From Candidatus Bathyarchaeia archaeon (GTDB lineage: Archaea; Thermoproteota; Bathyarchaeia; Bathyarchaeales; Bathycorpusculaceae), in the NCBI GenBank assembly GCA_038882975.1, contig JAVZNE010000001.1, forward strand, positions 1-64,000: DNA of 64,000 nt, given 5' to 3'. The stretch's first letter is position 1. The number at the start of each line of letters is the position of its first letter. Position numbers and translations under genes: made by a program. Shown piece after piece: positions 36,166 through 46,178 of this stretch. The notes under the pieces were generated by a model, which did no database searches, had not been told where the DNA came from, and saw only the letters and a program-made list of their open reading frames with translations.

Positions 36166-36735
36166 ATGATAAAACGGGTTAAGATAAGTGCCAAAACAAT
36201 AGCAGTTATAGCCATATTCGCCGCACTCACAATCGCGTTTAATCTTTCTCCAATAAAAATACCAGCACCTTACGCGCCATACTTAATATATCAAGTGTGG
36301 GAAATTCCAATAGTTACAGCGTTCCTTCTTTACGGCTTCTTAGTCGGAATAGCCATCGCGGTACTAAATACGCTTGTATTACTCATGGTCTTTCCGGGCA
36401 TGCTGTTAACTGGTCCACTTTATAATTTGGCGGCGGTAATCAGCATGCTTATAGGTATCGCCATACCGAAAGTTATTCATAAAAACCCTAAAGCGAGCAA
36501 GCAGACACTAGCGGTTGTGCTTACGGCTTTCGGAATAGTTTTTAGGGTGGGAATTATGACAGTGGTAAACTGGGCTTTTCTTCGTTTTCCACCGCCAGTT
36601 GGATTTGGAATGCCAGAGTCGGCGATAATTATGTCTCTTCCGTTTATCGCGCTTTTTAATGCTACTTTAGCCCTTTACACTATCCCGTTAGGTTACGTCA
36701 TAGCAGAAGCAATAAAGCTCCATGCTAAGGTTTGA
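36166..36735 (+). CDS. ECF transporter S-component-like membrane protein
   Basis: IAVIAIFAAL N-terminal motif and about six TMs. Confidence 0.7.
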   Translation: MIKRVKISAKTIAVIAIFAALTIAFNLSPIKIPAPYAPYLIYQVWEIPIVTAFLLYGFLVGIAIAVLNTLVLLMVFPGMLLTGPLYNLAAVISMLIGIAIPKVIHKNPKASKQTLAVVLTAFGIVFRVGIMTVVNWAFLRFPPPVGFGMPESAIIMSLPFIALFNATLALYTIPLGYVIAEAIKLHAKV

Positions 36736-37705
36736 GGTTAAAATTAGAAATTAGGGCTTCTATCAATATTTTCGGGTTAACTTCTCCCGCGGTAAACGTC
36801 TTGCCTGTTTTCAAGTTGTTTATGGTTATTTTTGCTGGTGCGAATATGTTTGGGTCTATTTTGTAGAAGTCGTATTTGGCGGCTTTGAAAATTTCCAGGA
36901 AGGGTTTCCCATAGTCTTTTGATGCTTTTGATGGTGCTTTCTCCACTATTTTGGCGAGTCCCTCTTCGTTTTCGTAGTCGACTATGTAGTTGGTTATGCC
37001 TCCATATAGGATGGCGTCGTTGGTTCGTGCCATGGCTTTGACAAATTTTGGGTGGGTTGGCGGTATGGGAGCACATCCCCAAGCATAAAGGATGGCGTTT
37101 GGGTTGAAGCCCAACTTTGTAAGCTTGTGGATTCCCGTCTCAACTATTCTTCCAGCTACTTGTGTTGCCCCGGCTAGGCTTGCCGTCGGAGTTAATATTA
37201 AAGCCAAATTTTCGCATTGAACGTGGCAGTCTTCAGCTAACCTCCGCATAAGCCTTTCTGGCGGCACTTTGTCGGTTTCTAAGACCACTATGGCTTTATC
37301 AAATTCGTCTTTATAGCCTATCTTCTCATAGATTTCCTTTGGTTTTTGGGCTAGGGCTCTTGCCGGACCAGAGCCTATGGCGAAATATTCGCCCTCCTTA
37401 ATGTTCCATCCTGCGAACTGGGAGCCCAGAGTGGCTATTGCCGGGTGGTCTGTGTAAACAAATATTGCTGGAAGCTCGAATTCACCGTACCGCTCAAAGC
37501 CTATTTTGGCTTTTCCACATCCACCCATACAGATTTCCGTTATAACCTTGCCAGTTTGAAAGCCACCCTTAGCCTTTATTCCAGCATCCACAACTGTGGC
37601 GCCGCAATCAGCCTTTTCAACCTTCACGCCGTAGTATTCCGAGTTTTCGCAGAGCTTTTCCAATAGTTTCCATGCCAAACGGTTTACACTTAAACCACCA
37701 TTCAT
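36725..37705 (-). CDS. mch: Methenyltetrahydromethanopterin cyclohydrolase
   Basis: LGSQFAGW, GSGPARA, TNDAILYGG and FYKIDP..FAPA motifs. Confidence 0.95.
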   Translation of the reverse strand: MNGGLSVNRLAWKLLEKLCENSEYYGVKVEKADCGATVVDAGIKAKGGFQTGKVITEICMGGCGKAKIGFERYGEFELPAIFVYTDHPAIATLGSQFAGWNIKEGEYFAIGSGPARALAQKPKEIYEKIGYKDEFDKAIVVLETDKVPPERLMRRLAEDCHVQCENLALILTPTASLAGATQVAGRIVETGIHKLTKLGFNPNAILYAWGCAPIPPTHPKFVKAMARTNDAILYGGITNYIVDYENEEGLAKIVEKAPSKASKDYGKPFLEIFKAAKYDFYKIDPNIFAPAKITINNLKTGKTFTAGEVNPKILIEALISNFNLKP

Positions 37706-37723
37706 TGGCTGTACTCTCCTATT

Positions 37724-38551
37724 TTAGAGAAGCTTTTCATAATGGCTTAAATGGGGGTTTGGCTCCTTAGCCACATAAAGCTTGCCCCTACCATTTTCCG
37801 TTAAGTCTCCAAGGAAGAGGTAGAAGGGCGCTTCCACCACTTCGCCCTCTTCGATTTTAACCTTCTTTCTCACACCTTCAATTGTAAATGTGGGGAGAAC
37901 CGACTCTAAAAAGCCGCCAACAATTATTGTTCCATCCGTCATGCATGCCCCAGTCCTTCCGCCGCAGTCTTTCTGCACATAGATTGTGCCACCATGCATT
38001 CTGAAGCCCGCAAACTGTCCGGCATTTCCATAAATTTTTATTAAGCCTTTCTTCATGTGGGCTCCGGCTTCATTTCCAACATTTCCATGCACAATTATTT
38101 TTCCGCCTTTCATGCCTTCTGTGCTTCCACGGTATGGTGCACCCAGATAGTCGCCAGCGTTTCCGTGGATTTCTATTGTTCCACCCTTCATCATTGAGCC
38201 AGCCCAGCCCAAAACATTGCCGTAAACGGTTATTTTTCCGCCTCTCATTTCTTCGCCTAAATGCATGCCAGCGTCGCCTTTAACAACTATTTCGCCGCTT
38301 CTCATGCCGGCGCCTATTCGCCTTACATGGCTAACATTTCCATGAATTGTTATCACAGTTGCTTCTGAGGCGCCTTTCTCCTTTGTCACTTCAACTTTGA
38401 AGAGTTCTCCAAGCCTTTTCTGCTTGTTCCCTTCCCAAACCTCCAGCTTTTCAATTTCTTTCGGCTTTTTCCCTTGGAAAATATCTGGGTTTATGCAGTC
38501 AGCCATTATTGGCAGTTTAAACTCTTTTAATGGGTATAAGTTCACAATCAT
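37724..38551 (-). CDS. fwdC: Formylmethanofuran dehydrogenase subunit C
   Basis: Repeated G..M.GG.I.I.G beta-helix motifs. Confidence 0.93.
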   Translation of the reverse strand: MIVNLYPLKEFKLPIMADCINPDIFQGKKPKEIEKLEVWEGNKQKRLGELFKVEVTKEKGASEATVITIHGNVSHVRRIGAGMRSGEIVVKGDAGMHLGEEMRGGKITVYGNVLGWAGSMMKGGTIEIHGNAGDYLGAPYRGSTEGMKGGKIIVHGNVGNEAGAHMKKGLIKIYGNAGQFAGFRMHGGTIYVQKDCGGRTGACMTDGTIIVGGFLESVLPTFTIEGVRKKVKIEEGEVVEAPFYLFLGDLTENGRGKLYVAKEPNPHLSHYEKLL

Positions 38552-40242
38552 TAAACATCAGCCTTCACGGTTATTGGTTGAGAAATTGCCAAATAATCCT
38601 CACTTACGGGGTAATTCTCAAACTCAACAGTCCAATACTCTTTGAATCGCCTTTTCATTTCCTCTGTTATTTTTGCCTCTTCGCTGGTTTGCACGTCTAG
38701 CCACATGGTTGCTCCTTCAATGTGTTTTAGGACTTCTCCGTCCTTAACAACCACTTGCCCACTTTTGATGGTGTAGGCTGCCCTTTTGAAAGCCCTCCTC
38801 AAAGCCTTATACTTCTTCGACGGGTCCATGGTTTCCGGATTAAAGTTGTATATGGCTATGTCTGCGTCTGCGCCAACGCCCAAGTGTCCCTTGTTTTTAA
38901 GCCCTAGGGCTTTTGCTTGCCCCGCCCTTGTCACTATGGCTATTTCATAGAAGCCTAATTCACGGTCTATTGTTGGGAGGAGGCTTCTGCTTCTGGCTTT
39001 TGAATTAATCTTTTTCAGCGTGGCTTCTCTGGCTTTTCTGCTCATAAGCCAAGCCACAATCCTCGGATAAGCGATAAATGGTCCACCGTTGGGGTGGTCC
39101 GTTGTCATTAAGATTTTCCACGGGTCTTTAATTAGGAGGACTAGTTCCAGCCCAATAGACCATTGTGTTGCGTGAACGTAGCTTTTCCTCTTATAGTGGA
39201 ATGGCACAATTCCGGCGCTTGTTTCTGTTTCAACGTCGTGGTTCACCCACTTGTTTCCGCTTAAAGTGTAGAGTATGTATTGGAATGGGCCGTCAGCCGT
39301 CATTGTTGTGGTGTCTGTGAATATTACTTGCCCCATGTCCATTGTCACATGGGAGTGTGCATTAACGTAGTTGGCTATTTCCTCCGCTCCGGATTCGAAG
39401 GTTCTCCAGTCGTCGCCTTTGAAGGCGCTGAACTGGCAGTGGGTTATGTGAATTACTGGCTTATTGTCTTCGGCTAAATCCTCCACACATTTCATTGTTT
39501 CCAAGGCTGTCACATAGTTGCCCGGCTTCCCAAGGTTGTTTGTGTGCACGTGGATTGTGTGTGGCAGGTTTAGAAGCTTATTAACTTTGCACAATCCGCG
39601 GATGATCTCGCGGGGTGTAATCCCGAAATATGGGACTGGGTCGTCTATGTTTTTTACGTTGCGCCCAAAGCCCCAAGCCTCAAGCCCTCCTGGGTTGACA
39701 AGCTTTATCGCGTAGCCCTTAGTCGCCTTAATCATCCATGCCACGTGGCGGGCGCACTCCTCTATTTTGCCGTCCCTCAAATATTCGAGGACAAACCACC
39801 AGTCGCCTATCAGTGGATAACTAGACTTATCAATTATTGGCGTGTCGCTTAACTCTTCATGGGTGTGTTTCGCCTCCAGTGGTGGCATGGCTGGGTCCAT
39901 AACTGTTGTCCAGCCCATCCTAGCGTAACGGTAGCCGGTTGTAAAAGTGGATGGAATAGAATAGCCCACACCAGACCTTGTTACGGCTGTTTTGCGTTCA
40001 AAATCCTTAAAGTGGTCTTCTGGGCGTAAAAGCCTACCGGAGTTCACTTTTCCTCCAGCTATGTGGCTGTGGATGTCAACCCCGCCTGGCATGACAACCA
40101 TTCCGGAGGCATCAATCTTCTTTGCTCTTCGCTCGTTGACTTTCTCAACTATTTTGCCGTCTTTTATGGCTATGTCCATTTTTTCTCCGTCAACACCGTT
40201 AATTGGGTCGTAAACGAAGCCGTTTTTTATTAGAAGCTCCAT
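38551..40242 (-). CDS. fwdA: Formylmethanofuran dehydrogenase subunit A
   Basis: PGGVDIHSHIAG, KLVNPGG and TTDHPNGGPF motifs. Confidence 0.96.
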   Translation of the reverse strand: MELLIKNGFVYDPINGVDGEKMDIAIKDGKIVEKVNERRAKKIDASGMVVMPGGVDIHSHIAGGKVNSGRLLRPEDHFKDFERKTAVTRSGVGYSIPSTFTTGYRYARMGWTTVMDPAMPPLEAKHTHEELSDTPIIDKSSYPLIGDWWFVLEYLRDGKIEECARHVAWMIKATKGYAIKLVNPGGLEAWGFGRNVKNIDDPVPYFGITPREIIRGLCKVNKLLNLPHTIHVHTNNLGKPGNYVTALETMKCVEDLAEDNKPVIHITHCQFSAFKGDDWRTFESGAEEIANYVNAHSHVTMDMGQVIFTDTTTMTADGPFQYILYTLSGNKWVNHDVETETSAGIVPFHYKRKSYVHATQWSIGLELVLLIKDPWKILMTTDHPNGGPFIAYPRIVAWLMSRKAREATLKKINSKARSRSLLPTIDRELGFYEIAIVTRAGQAKALGLKNKGHLGVGADADIAIYNFNPETMDPSKKYKALRRAFKRAAYTIKSGQVVVKDGEVLKHIEGATMWLDVQTSEEAKITEEMKRRFKEYWTVEFENYPVSEDYLAISQPITVKADV

Positions 40243-40243
40243 T

Positions 40244-41701
40244 TTAGGCAGCCTCCCCCATCTTCTTTTTTATCCGCCTAACTTCAGCCAGTATCCGCCT
40301 CAAAATCTCCTCGTCTGGGAGGATGCCCCTCGGCGGGTTCACCACCTTCTTTAGGGGTATGGGCACGTGGTCCATTCGGTAGGCTGTTCCAGAGGCTTCT
40401 ATGCCAACAAAAGCCGATGGAATGAGCACGTCAGCCATTTGGGCTGTCACATTCATATGGGGGTCAATAACTATTAGGGGATTTTCCACAAGATGTTCAG
40501 CAGCCTTTCTTGGAAAGTTTGAAACTGGGTCTGAAGCCACTATTAGGGCGGCGTCGGACTCCTTCCGAAGCAAAACATCAACAACAGAAGTTTCGCCCGG
40601 ATTATACCGTGGATAGCCAAGGGAGAAGTCCACCGCGTATGGGTAGCCCGTCTGCCAAGTGAAAACAGTGTTGGCGCCGGTCACGTTAAAGTGTCCCCGC
40701 ATTGGCATTATGACGAATTTTGTCCGCATGTTTAGGTCCCGCACCAATGAAAGCGCTGCGTCTATGTTTCGCAGTTTGCCACTGCTCATTGTTAAGCCAA
40801 GCCCAAAGAACAGGGCGCCAAAATCGCAGCTTACCATGGCGTCGGCAACCTCCTCCAAATACTCTACTGGAACACCAGCCACTTTGTCAACTTCAAGCTC
40901 TTGGTCTCGGATCAACGCCCTAAAAGCCTGTAAAAGCTCATAGTCCTTGTTGGGTTCAACTTGCACGAAGTAGTCTGCAATTTCAGCCGACTTTGTCCGC
41001 CTAACATCAATCACTATAAGTTTTCTGCCTTCCTTGGTTATTGACGGGTAGGGCTTATACTCTGAAACTGGTGGGGGAACCGGCGCCGGCTTTTTGAAGA
41101 AGAGCCTTTTTATGGCGCTTTGAATCTTTTTCTGCCCAACCAAAGCCTTAACCTTGTTTACGTAGCTTCTCCATGCACTTTTCTCGAATCTTCCCTCTGA
41201 GAAGGCTGTATAACGCTCTATGTGCCTTGGATGGGCGCTCCAAGGGTTGCTTCCCCAATAAACTATTAGGTCGGCCCTATGCCTAATCTGTCCCAAAGTG
41301 CATGATGGAATTCCCACGTCTTGGATGCTCAAAATTGATGGTCCATGGCAGACAACGGAGGTGTTGTCTATTACTCCGCCAACTTCTTCGGCTAGTTCTA
41401 TGCCTACACTTATGGCTTCACAGCTTGTGTTACTCCAGCCGTAAAGCACTGGATAGTTGGCTTCAGCCAAGATTTCGGCAGCCCTTCTAACAGCCTCTTT
41501 GAGGGTTGTCTTGACAAGTTCGCCGTTCTTCCTTATCATGGGCTTCAAAACCCGATGCTCGCCGCAGTATCCCAAAAACTTGGCTTCACACATGGCGCAG
41601 CCATTCTTAACCTTAACTATACGCCCATTTTCAATGGTTAGTTCTATATCGTCGCATAGGCTTCCACAAACAGGACAAGTCACAGCCTTAACAACTGGCA
41701 T
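40244..41701 (-). CDS. fwdB: Formylmethanofuran dehydrogenase subunit B
   Basis: CPVCGSLCDD, VCHGPS, PMRGHFNV and GTAYRMD motifs. Confidence 0.95.
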   Translation of the reverse strand: MPVVKAVTCPVCGSLCDDIELTIENGRIVKVKNGCAMCEAKFLGYCGEHRVLKPMIRKNGELVKTTLKEAVRRAAEILAEANYPVLYGWSNTSCEAISVGIELAEEVGGVIDNTSVVCHGPSILSIQDVGIPSCTLGQIRHRADLIVYWGSNPWSAHPRHIERYTAFSEGRFEKSAWRSYVNKVKALVGQKKIQSAIKRLFFKKPAPVPPPVSEYKPYPSITKEGRKLIVIDVRRTKSAEIADYFVQVEPNKDYELLQAFRALIRDQELEVDKVAGVPVEYLEEVADAMVSCDFGALFFGLGLTMSSGKLRNIDAALSLVRDLNMRTKFVIMPMRGHFNVTGANTVFTWQTGYPYAVDFSLGYPRYNPGETSVVDVLLRKESDAALIVASDPVSNFPRKAAEHLVENPLIVIDPHMNVTAQMADVLIPSAFVGIEASGTAYRMDHVPIPLKKVVNPPRGILPDEEILRRILAEVRRIKKKMGEAA

Positions 41702-41704
41702 CCA

Positions 41705-42115
41705 TTAACCCTTCCTAAAAACTGTTTTAAGAAGCTCCTCCAAGCCCAGAACAGGCTTGTCTGGAGCTGGCTCCACAGTGGCCGGAATCCCCTTAAAGGA
41801 TGGCATACCAATGCCATGAGTTTCAGGGTCAACAACAACGTTCGCCCAAAGACCATAAGGGATAAACACCACACCGGGATGCGGCGCCCTCAAAGATTTC
41901 TTGGCTTTAACCACCACAGAGCCGAAAGCTGTTGAAACTTGAATGTTTGTTCCATCTTTTACGCCGAGCTTTTTCATGTCTTCTGGATCCATGTAGCAGA
42001 CTGAGACGCTTTCCACATACTCTTTGGAGGATTTTCCCCGCTCTTTTCCAGCGCCCTGCTCTATTGTCCGTCCAGTCAACAATGTAACTTTAAGCTTAGG
42101 CTTTTCTTCCATCAC
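41705..42115 (-). CDS. fwdD: Formylmethanofuran dehydrogenase subunit D
   Basis: LLTGRTIEQG, FIPYGLWAN and GMPSFKG motifs. Confidence 0.93.
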   Translation of the reverse strand: MMEEKPKLKVTLLTGRTIEQGAGKERGKSSKEYVESVSVCYMDPEDMKKLGVKDGTNIQVSTAFGSVVVKAKKSLRAPHPGVVFIPYGLWANVVVDPETHGIGMPSFKGIPATVEPAPDKPVLGLEELLKTVFRKG

Positions 42116-42271
42116 TCAACCTCAACATTATCTATTAAACGCCCTAACATCCTTGAAAGCTACATACAGAAAACTCAATCCTAATTAATTTATCCCCTTT
42201 AAAGGCTGGAAAATCATGTATTTTTGGTTGCTGGAAAAGCCAATAGCAGGCTATCCCCTCTAGTTTTCTGT

Positions 42272-43234
42272 TTATGGTCTGTAGCCGCCCAGAACAGCCA
42301 ATGCAAGGGCAGCCGCAATAATGTCCGCTGTTGTTCCCGGATTTAAAAGATTGCTTTCTTTTCGCAGCATGGAGTCAAATTCGCGGAGCCTTTCCCTCCC
42401 AATGGCGGTTTTAAGCCCGCCGCTTTTCAAGACTTCTTCAGCCACGGCTGAGACTTCGCAAGCCCTTTTAAGCCCGACCTTTCTTGCGATAAATGTGTCT
42501 GGATGCTTAGCTAAAACTGCAAGGAAAGTATGGATTATCGCTGTGTTTAGGTCTCCATCATCCTTAAGATTTCGCATTAACATTGGATAGGCATATTCGA
42601 AGGTTACTGGGTAATTGTTAACCCATTCTGAGCAAACCATGTCATAGGGTGAGGCTATTTTAAAAACTTGGTAGAGCGAAATTCTCTCATCAATAATGCG
42701 TTTCACAGAGTTTGGGTCATTAACGTCTAGGTCTGGTGCTTTTCCCAAACCGCTGGGCTTGGCAATCCCAACAGCCTCATAAACTGCAACGGCATCGTCA
42801 GGCGTTGTTGCCTCAACAACCCTTCGCAGGTTTTGCCTCAAAACAGAAAGGTTGAAAACACCTTTTTCATCCGTTGTCATGCCAGCCGCCACAGCCAAAG
42901 GCATAAAAAGGATTATTGTGCCAAGCAGCGTGTTGCCGCCACTCTGCCAAGCATGCACGTCGGCTACACAATCGCGGATAATTCTTCCAACACCAACATC
43001 TTCCACGCCTATATCGCCATTTAAAACGGCTATGCCCCGTTCAGCAGCCAACCTAAAATGGGGAGCCGCCGCCACAGCAGAAGCCAAAAAATGCATGTGA
43101 TTGGTGCCCTCGAAACCAACCACCAGGTTCACGTTTCCAGGCTTGTCAGCACTAACTTCAAGGAGGATAGCTAACTCTAAACAGCGCGAAACATGCTCAG
43201 CTTTGTTGAACGGGAAAGGCATCAAACATTGCAC
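42272..43234 (-). CDS. citG: CitG family (triphosphoribosyl-dephospho-CoA synthase-like) protein
   Basis: LEVSADKPGNV, NTLLG and NPGTTAD motifs. Confidence 0.88.
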   Translation of the reverse strand: MQCLMPFPFNKAEHVSRCLELAILLEVSADKPGNVNLVVGFEGTNHMHFLASAVAAAPHFRLAAERGIAVLNGDIGVEDVGVGRIIRDCVADVHAWQSGGNTLLGTIILFMPLAVAAGMTTDEKGVFNLSVLRQNLRRVVEATTPDDAVAVYEAVGIAKPSGLGKAPDLDVNDPNSVKRIIDERISLYQVFKIASPYDMVCSEWVNNYPVTFEYAYPMLMRNLKDDGDLNTAIIHTFLAVLAKHPDTFIARKVGLKRACEVSAVAEEVLKSGGLKTAIGRERLREFDSMLRKESNLLNPGTTADIIAAALALAVLGGYRP

Positions 43235-43321
43235 CTTACAGTATATTTTGCATGGAAAGGCTTATTAACGTTGTGTAAAAAATTACACAGCAATTACCAA
43301 AAATACATAAGGTGGAGCAAA

Positions 43322-44071
43322 ATGCTGCGAAAATATTTTGCAAACGTTTTTCTCTTGGCTTTAACTGGAGTTTGGACGGCTCTGAACTTGGCATTTGCAT
43401 TGATACCAACATACCCGATTTTGGGAACACCAGCAGTTATAACATTGTCTGGAATCGTTTTTTCAGCATTAACAGCCCCTCTACTCGGTCCATTTTGGGG
43501 AACCATTTCAGGCTTCATATTTGGGTGGCTGGTTCCCTACGTGAACCCATCAACAAATATGGGTTTGCTGACATTTCTCGGACCGACCATGTGCGCATTG
43601 ATGGGCGGACTACTGCTATTTAACAGATGGAAAGAGGCGACACTAGTTCTCGCAGTCCAGCTGGCTGTATGGTTTGCCCATCCATTTGCATGGTACCAAT
43701 TAATGCCAATTATAACATGGCAGTACATACCAGTCGCAATATTTATTCTCGTACCGCCGATAAGAAAATGGATTATAAACGCCATAACAGCCAGAGACAA
43801 CCCAACAAAAATGATAGTAGCCCTATGGTGCCTCGCATGGACTGCACGAATAGGCGGCGAAGTGGCAGCCAGCAACAACAATGCCGTTTGGGTTTTGGGT
43901 TGGGGCGTTCCCGAAATGTATGCTTTCTGGGCGCCATTGACAGCCTATTATGCCATTGCTGACTCACTGAACAGTCTTGCAGGAGCCATCATTGGGGCTG
44001 CGGTGCTTATGGCGCTTAAAAGGACTAATATAAGGACCCTCGCAATAGATTCCTTGGAGTCCAAGACTTGA
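43322..44071 (+). CDS. Multi-pass membrane protein, ECF S-component-like
   Basis: LLGPFWGTISGFIFG motif and hydrophobic helices. Confidence 0.65.
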   Translation: MLRKYFANVFLLALTGVWTALNLAFALIPTYPILGTPAVITLSGIVFSALTAPLLGPFWGTISGFIFGWLVPYVNPSTNMGLLTFLGPTMCALMGGLLLFNRWKEATLVLAVQLAVWFAHPFAWYQLMPIITWQYIPVAIFILVPPIRKWIINAITARDNPTKMIVALWCLAWTARIGGEVAASNNNAVWVLGWGVPEMYAFWAPLTAYYAIADSLNSLAGAIIGAAVLMALKRTNIRTLAIDSLESKT

Positions 44072-45099
44072 GAAAAACGTTGGCAGAACTGCGAGAAGGA
44101 TACCTCATAGAGTCTGTTGAGGGCGTAATCTTTGACGTGAAGGGGCTAGTTCACCCGCCAGACAAAGTAATAGCTTTCCCCCGTTTTATTTCAGACTTGA
44201 AGGGTCCCCGCATCCGCAAAGGTGTCAGATACGGCAAAGTTTATAGTCTTTCTGAAAGGTTTGCCTTTCTTAAAAGAGCCATTCCAGAGTGTGTTGTCCA
44301 CGACCCAGTTTTTGACGAGAAACTTTGCGAAGTTCCACTAGAAAAGGTCAAAAAAGCCTACAGTCCAGTTGAGGGCTTAAGAAGGCTTAGGAAAAGCGAA
44401 AAACTTGATAGTCTTGAAAGGACGGCTCTACAATGCCTCACGACTCTAAAGGAAAAAGCGAAAGTGCCATGGAACAAACTTGGGGTTTCTGGTTCAGTTC
44501 TGGTTGGCTTGCACACCATGGCTTCAGACATCGACCCGGTCGTTTATGGCACTAAAAACTGCCGAAAAGTGCACGCAACCTTAAAGAAACTGCTTGAGGA
44601 GGGCGACACGCCTTTTAAACCCTACAGCTTAGAGGATTTGCGGAGGCTTTTCGCTTTCCGTTCGAAAGACACTTTTATGAGCTTCGATGACTTCGTAAAG
44701 GTCGAGTCTAGAAAGGTTTTCCAAGGCAAGTTTATGGATAGAGACTATTTCATCCGTTTTGTAAAGGACTGGAATGAAGTTGGCGAGAAGTATGGTGATG
44801 TCCGCTACAAGAATTGTGGTTATGCGAAGATTGAGGCGGTTGTTGTTGATGATTCTGAAGCCATATTCACGCCGTGCACCTACAAAATTGAAAATGTCAA
44901 GATTGTTGAGGGACCAAAACTCGAGCCAATAAGGGAGATTGCATCCTTCCGCGGAAGGTTCTGCGAACAAGCGAGGAAAGGTGAGACTGTTGTGACGCAG
45001 GGAAAACTTGAACAAGTAATGGACTATAGAAGTGGCTATGAGTATTTTAGGCTGCTTCTTGGGAATAAGCCCACAGACTACATGATTCTAAAAGGCTAA
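44068..45099 (+). CDS. Predicted pol-beta-superfamily nucleotidyltransferase (COG1665-like), paralog 1
   Basis: VKGLVHP, GVSGS...SDIDPVVYG, and FTPCTY...SFRGRF..QA in the C-terminal domain. Confidence 0.8.
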   Translation: MRKTLAELREGYLIESVEGVIFDVKGLVHPPDKVIAFPRFISDLKGPRIRKGVRYGKVYSLSERFAFLKRAIPECVVHDPVFDEKLCEVPLEKVKKAYSPVEGLRRLRKSEKLDSLERTALQCLTTLKEKAKVPWNKLGVSGSVLVGLHTMASDIDPVVYGTKNCRKVHATLKKLLEEGDTPFKPYSLEDLRRLFAFRSKDTFMSFDDFVKVESRKVFQGKFMDRDYFIRFVKDWNEVGEKYGDVRYKNCGYAKIEAVVVDDSEAIFTPCTYKIENVKIVEGPKLEPIREIASFRGRFCEQARKGETVVTQGKLEQVMDYRSGYEYFRLLLGNKPTDYMILKG

Positions 45100-46178
45100 A
45101 ATTTTGATGGCTCTGCAACCTTTAAAACTTGCTCGTAATAGCGAGGTCCATAGGTTAATGTTATTTGGTGGAAGCCCCCGCCGTTTCGCAACTCAACTTT
45201 TTCAAGGTTTCCTTCAGCATAAACGGTCTCATCCTTCCACGCCTGCATCCTAAACTCCTCAAGATAGGAGACAACCCTTCTCAAGTCCTCAACCCTTGGA
45301 CCCCCAACAATCTTAACAGTTTCAACATGGTAGATTGAGGGCATGAAAAGCGCTTCAGAATCATCCTTTACGCGGAGATAAGCCTTAACCCAACCTTCAC
45401 GGGTTATCCTCATAATTTGGCTGTATTCGTTGATGATTTCGCTCCAGCCTTTAACAGGTTCAAACTCAACCTTAATAGCCCTTTTAGAAGCCTCGTCGCG
45501 GAAAACTCCATAGATTGTTTTGCGCCTCTGGTGCCAGACAAACTCTTTTGGGCTTATGTTCTTGAAGCGCCAAGCCTTTCCTCTGATGGGTGAGTCGTCC
45601 TCAAACTCGTTGGAAAACCGCGAGCCTTTATCCATGTAAAGCTCTTGTAGAATTTCTCGTATCCGCTCCAAATTTTTCCTGCCATAAACAACTATGTCGA
45701 TGTCAGAAAACCTCGAATGGTAAAAGCCTTGGAGAAGCGAACCGAAAACACCAAAATCCTCCATGGATAAGCCAGAACGGACCACGGTTGCTTCAAGAAC
45801 CTTTTGAAGGGCCTTTAAAAGCTCGTCTTTAGGCTCTTTTTCAATAAGCCTTTTTAGGGCTTCTTCCGGCTTTCTGACACTCGCCACATCAGAGTGCCTC
45901 ACGCCTACAACTTTTCTACCAATAGGCTCATGCAAAATCATGTATTGCGGAAAGTTTGCCTCAACAAAACGCCAGCCCTCATCCTCATAAAACTTGTAAA
46001 AGACATTTGCGCCGTCGGTCCGGTAAGCTTTCGGGTTTGAGGATTCGAAAAGGCTGGAAGGCGCATACTCAGCATCACATATGAAACCGCCTGGAGGGTG
46101 AGTGTAGCCAAAAACTCGGAAAATCAAGCCTTCGGGTGTTACTATTGCGTCCCGGTCCCTAAGCCTTAAACTGGCCAA
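45096..46178 (-). CDS. Predicted nucleotidyltransferase (COG1665-like), paralog 2
   Basis: LRDRD, VFGYTHP and GVFGS...SDIDIVVYG motifs. Confidence 0.8.
   Translation of the reverse strand: MASLRLRDRDAIVTPEGLIFRVFGYTHPPGGFICDAEYAPSSLFESSNPKAYRTDGANVFYKFYEDEGWRFVEANFPQYMILHEPIGRKVVGVRHSDVASVRKPEEALKRLIEKEPKDELLKALQKVLEATVVRSGLSMEDFGVFGSLLQGFYHSRFSDIDIVVYGRKNLERIREILQELYMDKGSRFSNEFEDDSPIRGKAWRFKNISPKEFVWHQRRKTIYGVFRDEASKRAIKVEFEPVKGWSEIINEYSQIMRITREGWVKAYLRVKDDSEALFMPSIYHVETVKIVGGPRVEDLRRVVSYLEEFRMQAWKDETVYAEGNLEKVELRNGGGFHQITLTYGPRYYEQVLKVAEPSKF

Noticed and set aside
36033-36230. Hydrophobic N-terminal extension of the coiled-coil ORF
   Set aside because: It is the antisense of the ECF gene and the AT-rich divergent promoter region.
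40244-41701. Selenocysteine-type FwuB
   Set aside because: The ligand position is Cys (VCHGP) and there is no in-frame TGA.
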